Source: an uncultured virus (IMG/VR IMGVR_UViG_3300030060_000981) (taxonomy: Duplodnaviria > Heunggongvirae > Uroviricota > Caudoviricetes). From it: a stretch of 64,000 nt of DNA. The DNA lies in IMG/VR virus record IMGVR_UViG_3300030060_000981, positions 1-64,000 of that record; one strand, written 5' to 3'. How positions within the stretch are numbered: the first letter of the stretch is position 1; the number at the start of each line of letters is the position of its first letter. Below the pieces are notes generated by a model that was not told the DNA's origin, ran no database searches, and was given only the letters and a program-made list of their open reading frames with translations. The position numbers and the translations under genes were made by a program. Shown piece by piece: positions 58,458 to 64,000 of this stretch.

Positions 58458-59353
58458 GGTCTTTGAATTAGAAAGTTTGCTCTAGAAAATACATCCCTAT
58501 CTACAATCTTATATGAACCAAATTCGTTGTGAAGAACATAACCTTCATGCCCAACATCTTCACCATTGATATAACATTCTACATTATCTTCAACCATAAT
58601 GTAATCTAACATCTGCATCTTGATTGTTGATACTAACTTCCACAATCTGAGGACATTTATATCAACATGATTGTAATCTGCGAGTGCGTGTAATACTAGA
58701 TCATCTAATTCTACACCCTCTTTGATACATCTATTAAGATGTTTCTTAACTCGTGCAACAATAGTTCTATCGGGGAACTCACATAGTGTTGCAATCTGCT
58801 TTGCAAAGTTACATTTAGTGGTGATACTATCAACATCTAAATCTATCTCTGCTTCTGGTTCTATCCATTTAACATACTCATTGTCTGCCCAATTAAACTC
58901 AAAAGGTTTAACAACTGCGTTCCTCAAATCATTATGTGCCTCATAATAAGTATGTGGTGCAATAATAATAGGTTGATCAATAACTTTACTGAAAGCGTAT
59001 GCAATTAGGTTGGGTTGATATACATTATCACCACCAAATCCTATAAAGTCACCTTGATAAATGCCATCCAAAAATGGTAAATTGTCATAACATTCATGTA
59101 GAATTCTTGCTACTTTACCAGAGTGGTTAGTATCAATATCCTCATGCGATTCATTGATCTTAATTTTAACTTTGTTGAATACAGATTTAGTACCAACAAA
59201 GAAATTGCCAGTGGCAGGATTAGTACCCCAAACTATTGCTGGAGAACCATCAATCTTAACTGATATTTTAGAATCAGCAGTGAACCAGTTTAATACACTT
59301 AGATCACCACTTAATACCAAATCTTCAGGGTGTTCCATGTGTGTGTTTTTCAT
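58454..59353 (-). CDS. Conserved phage protein (DUF6267-like) with ligase-superfamily motifs
   Basis: MKNTHMEHPED, SVKIDGSPA, YQGDF, HEGYV, YKIV. Confidence 0.7.
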   Translation of the reverse strand: MKNTHMEHPEDLVLSGDLSVLNWFTADSKISVKIDGSPAIVWGTNPATGNFFVGTKSVFNKVKIKINESHEDIDTNHSGKVARILHECYDNLPFLDGIYQGDFIGFGGDNVYQPNLIAYAFSKVIDQPIIIAPHTYYEAHNDLRNAVVKPFEFNWADNEYVKWIEPEAEIDLDVDSITTKCNFAKQIATLCEFPDRTIVARVKKHLNRCIKEGVELDDLVLHALADYNHVDINVLRLWKLVSTIKMQMLDYIMVEDNVECYINGEDVGHEGYVLHNEFGSYKIVDRDVFSRANFLIQRP

Positions 59354-59359
59354 ACTATT

Positions 59360-59418
59360 ATTATAAACTAAAAAACCCCCGAATGGGGGTTGTGTGTGCC
59401 AGTTCTAAAACTGGTTGT
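59360..59418 (-). promoter_or_regulatory. Early promoter element D
   Basis: ACCAGTTTTAGAACTGGCACA-29bp-TATAAT. Confidence 0.7.
59370..59391 (-). terminator. Intrinsic terminator embedded in the spacer of element D
   Basis: CCCCC-ATTC-GGGGG-TTTTTT. Confidence 0.7.
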
Positions 59419-59674
59419 TGATAAGTCTTTTTGTGAAATCTTCAAGATATAATAGAGGGAGTAAGATTAACTCTAGTCCATCTAATTCTCTTACAGATCT
59501 TCTTACTTTCTTTTCAACATTTTTAACTGGTGTTTCTGTCACTTTAACTGCCTCAATCTGTGTAATCTTATTTACACTTTTTGCTGGAGTTACAGTGGTT
59601 TTCTTAACAACAGTTCTAGGTGTTTTCTTAGCAGTTGTAGATTTAACTGCTGAAGTTCTTCTCCTAGTTGCCAT
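59405..59674 (-). CDS. Basic low-complexity protein (MATRRRTSAVKSTTAKK...)
   Basis: K/R/T-rich N-terminus with a short hydrophobic C-terminal helix. Confidence 0.65.
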   Translation of the reverse strand: MATRRRTSAVKSTTAKKTPRTVVKKTTVTPAKSVNKITQIEAVKVTETPVKNVEKKVRRSVRELDGLELILLPLLYLEDFTKRLINNQF

Positions 59675-59700
59675 AAGTAACAAAAATGCAAGTGTGTAAT

Positions 59701-59885
59701 GTGGGACTTACAGGACGTAATTTCTCTGCTGAACAGAGACAACCATAGATCCTTGCCCAAATGGTGAGGGAAAACAAAACTGAGGGGAAGTCAATTACCT
59801 CAACAGTCATTTCTCTGCTTCTTATCATCTATCCTAACGGTATTTTTTACGATATGCGTGATGCAGTGACCAACCGTAACATAAT
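59701..59885 (-). ncRNA. Candidate structured RNA / long leader
   Basis: Nested stems UGGG/CCCA, AGGAU/GUCCU, UCUCUG/CAGAGA; repeated AGCAGAGAAAU; no long credible ORF. Confidence 0.45.
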
Positions 59886-59935
59886 TAAGATGAATGTCAG
59901 AGTAGTTGAGAACCTCGTTTGTTTTCCACATTTAT

Positions 59936-59993
59936 ATAATACATGATTTTGGTGGCAGTGGGGTAAAGCGTGTGCCACTTTGTTGACTGTCCT
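59936..59993 (-). promoter_or_regulatory. Early promoter element E
   Basis: GGACAGTCAACAAAGTGGCACA-29bp-TATTAT; spacer nearly identical to element A. Confidence 0.7.
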
Positions 59994-60330
59994 AATAGTC
60001 AGGATGTCTTCCCTCTTGCGATTTATAACCATCTGCCATATTATATTCTCTTCTATTCTTTACATATTCCAACTCATTCCAGTTCTCTTTATTACATATT
60101 AGCAAGCAATGTATGTTCTTATGTCTCATTGGTTTACCAGAAGTATAAACACAATCTTTCTTTGGATATACATGAATCTCTATAGTTATATACTGTGAAA
60201 TTGAGTTCCACCCTTGCTTTATACGCTTTTCATTATCTACAGGTTCACCCTTAAAATATACCCACCCCTCGTCTATATCTCCATTTGGTTTTCTCCAAAT
60301 AACATAATCATCAACTTTTGGTTCATACAT
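59992..60330 (-). CDS. Conserved cyanophage hypothetical protein (MYEPKVDDYVIW...EGWVYF)
   Basis: ORF track; start set at ATG. Confidence 0.7.
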   Translation of the reverse strand: MYEPKVDDYVIWRKPNGDIDEGWVYFKGEPVDNEKRIKQGWNSISQYITIEIHVYPKKDCVYTSGKPMRHKNIHCLLICNKENWNELEYVKNRREYNMADGYKSQEGRHPDY

Positions 60331-60352
60331 TAGTATCAATTAGTAGGGTGAA

Positions 60353-60517
60353 TTAGTCTTCAATAATATACTCGTGTTCTTCAAACCATGAGTATAGGTT
60401 TAAAGATAAACTGAAACTATCTTCATCATTAATATTATATTCTTCAACCAACTGGTCAACCATACGTTCAATATCTGATGTTTTTATACTCTTCACATTG
60501 AAAGATCGTGTACTCAT
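60353..60517 (-). CDS. Hypothetical protein, 54 aa (MSTRSFNVKSIK...)
   Basis: Hand translation. Confidence 0.55.
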   Translation of the reverse strand: MSTRSFNVKSIKTSDIERMVDQLVEEYNINDEDSFSLSLNLYSWFEEHEYIIED

Positions 60518-60529
60518 TGTTATATATTA

Positions 60530-60724
60530 TCAGTAGAATCTTTCATAATCATCACTAACTTGTACTTCAATAGTATCAAAGATTCTATTCAATGATCTAG
60601 CAAAAGTTCTATATCCAGATCCAACATATAATTGACCAGCAACTACAGAGAAGGTTGCAATTCCCCAGAATAAGTAATAGAATCTTGACTTAACTTGATT
60701 TCTTATTTTGTCTTTAGTAATCAT
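60530..60724 (-). CDS. Small membrane protein
   Basis: FYYLFWGIATFSVVAGQLYVG hydrophobic segment. Confidence 0.7.
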   Translation of the reverse strand: MITKDKIRNQVKSRFYYLFWGIATFSVVAGQLYVGSGYRTFARSLNRIFDTIEVQVSDDYERFY

Positions 60725-60819
60725 AATCTTTGTTGCGAAGTATGTAATAATTGTCAGTAATTGATGACAAAATGAATAAATAGTGGTATATTATGAATTA
60801 AATTCAATCGGAGTTTAAA

Positions 60820-60993
60820 ATGCACAACTTAATGTCACATAATCAGTTAGAAGGTTGGAGATCTAATGTTACTCAATTAGAGGAGACAACAGATTACCAG
60901 AATCAGTTACTCAATGATTACTTTAATTGTCTCATTGAATGTGAAGATGATCAATCAAGTTGCAAACGAGTCTGCAAGGATATGCTCACTTAA
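60820..60993 (+). CDS. Small twin-CX3C protein, 57 aa (MHNLMSHNQLEGW...YFNCLIECEDDQSSCKRVCKDMLT)
   Basis: Hand translation; ATAAATA at 60776-60782, GGAG ribosome-binding site, terminator downstream. Confidence 0.8.
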   Translation: MHNLMSHNQLEGWRSNVTQLEETTDYQNQLLNDYFNCLIECEDDQSSCKRVCKDMLT

Positions 60994-61020
60994 CGAATGA
61001 ATCAAATTAAATATACCAAC

Positions 61021-61046
61021 AACCCTCTATGAAAATAGGGGGTTTT
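61021..61046 (+). terminator. Terminator between convergent genes
   Basis: AACCCTCTAT-GAAA-ATAGGGGGTT-TT. Confidence 0.7.
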
Positions 61047-61061
61047 ATATTGCATAGTATA

Positions 61062-61979
61062 TCACAAAAGCTTTGTAATATCAACTGGTACACGTTCACC
61101 TATTAACTTATTGTAATCTTCATGCAGTTCACATCCAATATAATACCGACCCAAACTCCTTGCTACTGCTGCGGTTGTGCCACTTCCCATAAATGGATCA
61201 AGCACAATATCATTCTTCTCACTACCTGCTAATATACATGGTTTAATTAACTCTTCAGGATAAGTTGCAAAATGAGCACCTTTATATGGTTTCTTGTTTA
61301 TACTCCATACACTACGTTTATTCCTCTTTGAGTATGATTTAGTGAGTCCAGAATGAGGTTGTAAACCTGTACCTTCATTGTGATATTTGCCGTTAGTTCT
61401 ATCTCTTGTACCCCAATCTTGTGCTGGTTCTTTTATACTTTCATTGTCATAATAATAATATTTACTCTTACTTAAGAGGAAGATATATTCATGTGATTTA
61501 GTACATCTATCCTTCACACTTTCTGGCATTGGGTTAGGTTTATGCCATATAATATCTTGTCTTAAATACCATCCATCTGCTCTTAATGCAAATGCTAACA
61601 TCCAAGGTATTCCAATTAAATCTTTATCTTTATATCCTACAAGTTTATTACTCCTACGAGGTGTAGTCTTTGGTAGATCTTGTCTACTATTTGTAAATGT
61701 TTGTTTAGGTATGCAACCATCTTTCCTATAATTATAATAACTATCACCAATATTCAACCACAATGTACCATCATCAGTAAGACAATCTCTTACTAACCTG
61801 AATACATTTACCATCTCTTCAATATATTCTTCTGGTGATTGTTCCTGTCCTATTTGATTATCCTCACCACCATAATCACGAAGACCATAGTAAGGTGGAG
61901 ATGTCACACAGCACCTAGCTTTTTCATCGAATTGTTTAAGTGTCTCTCGACAATCACCAAATAGTATTGTATCCTTCAT
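61062..61979 (-). CDS. Beta-class N4-cytosine/N6-adenine DNA methyltransferase
   Basis: TSPPY before HFATYP and LDPFMGSGTT. Confidence 0.93.
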   Translation of the reverse strand: MKDTILFGDCRETLKQFDEKARCCVTSPPYYGLRDYGGEDNQIGQEQSPEEYIEEMVNVFRLVRDCLTDDGTLWLNIGDSYYNYRKDGCIPKQTFTNSRQDLPKTTPRRSNKLVGYKDKDLIGIPWMLAFALRADGWYLRQDIIWHKPNPMPESVKDRCTKSHEYIFLLSKSKYYYYDNESIKEPAQDWGTRDRTNGKYHNEGTGLQPHSGLTKSYSKRNKRSVWSINKKPYKGAHFATYPEELIKPCILAGSEKNDIVLDPFMGSGTTAAVARSLGRYYIGCELHEDYNKLIGERVPVDITKLL

Positions 61980-63148
61980 CGTGTAATTACAGAAATTGCT
62001 GGTTCACCCTGATTGAAAATAGTATCAACAACTGCCTCAACTTTGCGTGATGTAGATATACCAACTCTATCATATACTGGTACAGAAATCAACCCATAAG
62101 TCTTAGTATCATTTCCCTTTCTTATTACTCTACCAATAGTTTGACTGATACCAATGTAATCCATGTTTCTTAAGAATACTGCTGCTTCTAATCCTTTGAC
62201 ATTGATGCCCTCAGATAATATACTATGATGTAATACAACGAACTTCTTAGTATCATCATTACCCCACTCATTAAGTGTAGTAAAGAACTCATCACGATCT
62301 ACTTTCTTACCATTGATAACACCACCAGTTTTAGCAGTTATATACATCCAGTCATAACCACGAGCATTAAGTTCAATGCAGAAGTCAGATTGAGATACTA
62401 GATTAACAATCTGTTTGGTAGATCTAGCACAGACTAATACTTTATCAATATCAATATCATCTATAGTTGATATAACATGGTCACAATCATGCTCATGTTT
62501 GAATCTACTATCTTCTACTACATCTATCTTCTTGATCTTAACTTTAGGTGGTAATATATGTCCTTCATCTACCAACTGAGGTGCTGGTACGTTGACTATA
62601 ACTTTACCATAGATGTCCTCATCATTCATCCCTATCTTAAAAGGAGTCTTAGAATGTTTGGGTGTAGCAGTAAAGAAATAGCAACGATTAGCATACATTG
62701 AAAAGAACTCAGTTGGTTCAACAAAGTTCTTCTGAACACTATTATGTGCTTCATCGAAGTATATTGCATCCACCTGAATATTACTTTCTTGTACTCTATG
62801 TAATGAATGATATGTTGTGAATATCAATACATTATCTGTATTATTATTAACCCAATAATCTATCTCGTCTGCTTTAGTTGTGCTTTTGTGATGTGTCTCT
62901 CCTGAGTGAACATGAAGTACATCTACATTATCAATTAGTTCTAAGAAATCTTCACATAATTGCTGTGCTAATAGTATGCGAGGTGCAACAATTACAATAG
63001 TCTTAGGTAAACTACTTGCAAATTGTATCTTAGCATCCTCAATCATACACATTGTTTTACCACCACCAGTGGGAACAATCACCTGACCTTTAGATTGTAA
63101 CTGCATTACATCTAAAGCATCCTGTTGATGTAATCGTAGTTTAATCAA
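61976..63148 (-). CDS. SF2 DEAH-box helicase (ResIII-like)
   Basis: PTGGGKT, FDEAH, TATP, LSEGINV, QTIGRVIR. Confidence 0.9.
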   Translation of the reverse strand: MIKLRLHQQDALDVMQLQSKGQVIVPTGGGKTMCMIEDAKIQFASSLPKTIVIVAPRILLAQQLCEDFLELIDNVDVLHVHSGETHHKSTTKADEIDYWVNNNTDNVLIFTTYHSLHRVQESNIQVDAIYFDEAHNSVQKNFVEPTEFFSMYANRCYFFTATPKHSKTPFKIGMNDEDIYGKVIVNVPAPQLVDEGHILPPKVKIKKIDVVEDSRFKHEHDCDHVISTIDDIDIDKVLVCARSTKQIVNLVSQSDFCIELNARGYDWMYITAKTGGVINGKKVDRDEFFTTLNEWGNDDTKKFVVLHHSILSEGINVKGLEAAVFLRNMDYIGISQTIGRVIRKGNDTKTYGLISVPVYDRVGISTSRKVEAVVDTIFNQGEPAISVITR

Positions 63149-63171
63149 TACATTTAATTCTCAATACATGT

Positions 63172-63229
63172 ATTATAACAGAAAATCTTGGATTATGAAA
63201 GAGCGTGTGACAGTTCTCGAAGTGCCACC
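63172..63229 (-). promoter_or_regulatory. Early promoter element F
   Basis: GTGGCACTTCGAGAACTGTCACA-28bp-TATAAT. Confidence 0.7.
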
Positions 63230-63414
63230 ATCTTAGTGAACAGTCCTTCCATATTATAAAATAACTTATAATTCTCTGTTGTAACGTAATGACCCATGAT
63301 GTCATTACCATCACAATGCCATCCGTATGCTTGAACCTGTTCCTCTATACCATCTATTCTCATTTTCTTACTACCGTCTAAGTAAGAATGGTATCGTTCG
63401 TCTAAGTTAATCAT
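63193..63414 (-). CDS. Hypothetical protein
   Basis: 73-aa ORF. Confidence 0.7.
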   Translation of the reverse strand: MINLDERYHSYLDGSKKMRIDGIEEQVQAYGWHCDGNDIMGHYVTTENYKLFYNMEGLFTKMVALRELSHALS

Positions 63415-63498
63415 AGTTCTATGGTGGAGTGTGTTGATATTATAACATAAGATATGTATTATATCTATAAACTTAATTATCTCTTTAGACTTGAGTAA

Positions 63499-63711
63499 TC
63501 ATTCGATATATTTACGAGGGTTGTGCATCTTCTTAGTCATATCAACAACATAGTCTCTAATTTCCATCAACTCGTCATAACATTGTTGGTTATGAGCGCA
63601 TGATCTGAGATGATTATCAGGTTTCAACAACGATTCTAAAAAAATAGAATGTGCAGCATCCCACTTCTCAAACGAAGTCAGTTTCTTTTCTAATGTGTTT
63701 TGATCCTTCAT
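63499..63711 (-). CDS. Hypothetical protein
   Basis: 70-aa ORF, KPDNHLRSCAHNQQCY. Confidence 0.7.
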   Translation of the reverse strand: MKDQNTLEKKLTSFEKWDAAHSIFLESLLKPDNHLRSCAHNQQCYDELMEIRDYVVDMTKKMHNPRKYIE

Positions 63712-63733
63712 GTGATTCAGAATGTAAGTTTAG

Positions 63734-63928
63734 TTATTTAACAACTTCCCAGTTGTCATCTCCACTCTCAAAGATCTCGAAAGAATACCTACGAGATATA
63801 GATGCAAGCACAACCTTACCATGCTCACGCTTTACTACACGACATGAATGTAGACGATCCATGTCATTATTAAACCTATCCTCTGCAACAGGAGACTTGG
63901 GTTTAACACATAAAAATTCTGATTTCAT
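63734..63928 (-). CDS. Hypothetical protein (MKSEFLCVKPKS...)
   Basis: ORF track, start moved to the internal ATG. Confidence 0.65.
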   Translation of the reverse strand: MKSEFLCVKPKSPVAEDRFNNDMDRLHSCRVVKREHGKVVLASISRRYSFEIFESGDDNWEVVK

Positions 63929-64000
63929 CAATAAACGAATGTAATGGCGGACTGAGTTAGACGTACACCCCAATTCATAAAAATGAGGAACGTGGTGACA

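Noticed and set aside
59761..60185. ORF-track entries 59761-59946 (+), 59847-60032 (-) and 59970-60185 (+)
   Set aside because: They cross promoter element E, lack ribosome-binding sites and overlap better-supported features
53716..63229. Repeated palindromes as a CRISPR array
   Set aside because: Copies are degenerate, 0.6-3 kb apart and separated by genes; no cas genes
1..64000. tRNA genes, introns, inteins, photosynthesis genes
   Set aside because: None recognised by eye; core genes show no intervening sequences. A tRNAscan-SE or Infernal run would be needed to exclude RNA genes

Overview
A 64-kb segment of an AT-rich T4-like marine cyanophage (myovirus, P-SSM2/S-SM2-like gene order). 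Almost all genes are on the minus strand. Bases 1-49.7 kb hold the core recombination and morphogenesis block, in transcription order gp25-gp6-gp7-gp8-large virion protein-gp13-14-15-16-(virion proteins)-gp17-18-19-20-21-22-23-gp3-uvsY-uvsW-gp55-gp47, with T4-type late promoters (TAAATA). Bases 50-64 kb are an early/hyperplastic region of small ORFs plus a DNA methyltransferase, an SF2 helicase and nuclease-, peptidase- and ligase-like genes. The most interesting items are: (1) a candidate origin or DnaA-decoy locus at 51.6-52.0 kb, with divergent consensus sigma70 promoters firing into a cluster of cyanobacterial-type DnaA boxes; (2) six dispersed palindrome plus -10 elements that punctuate the early region and often encode the ends of the upstream genes; (3) structured RNA leaders behind those promoters; (4) an in-frame loss of the Walker B motif from the large terminase; (5) an overlapping bidirectional promoter upstream of gp55. 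All family assignments come from reading motifs by eye; no database searches were run.
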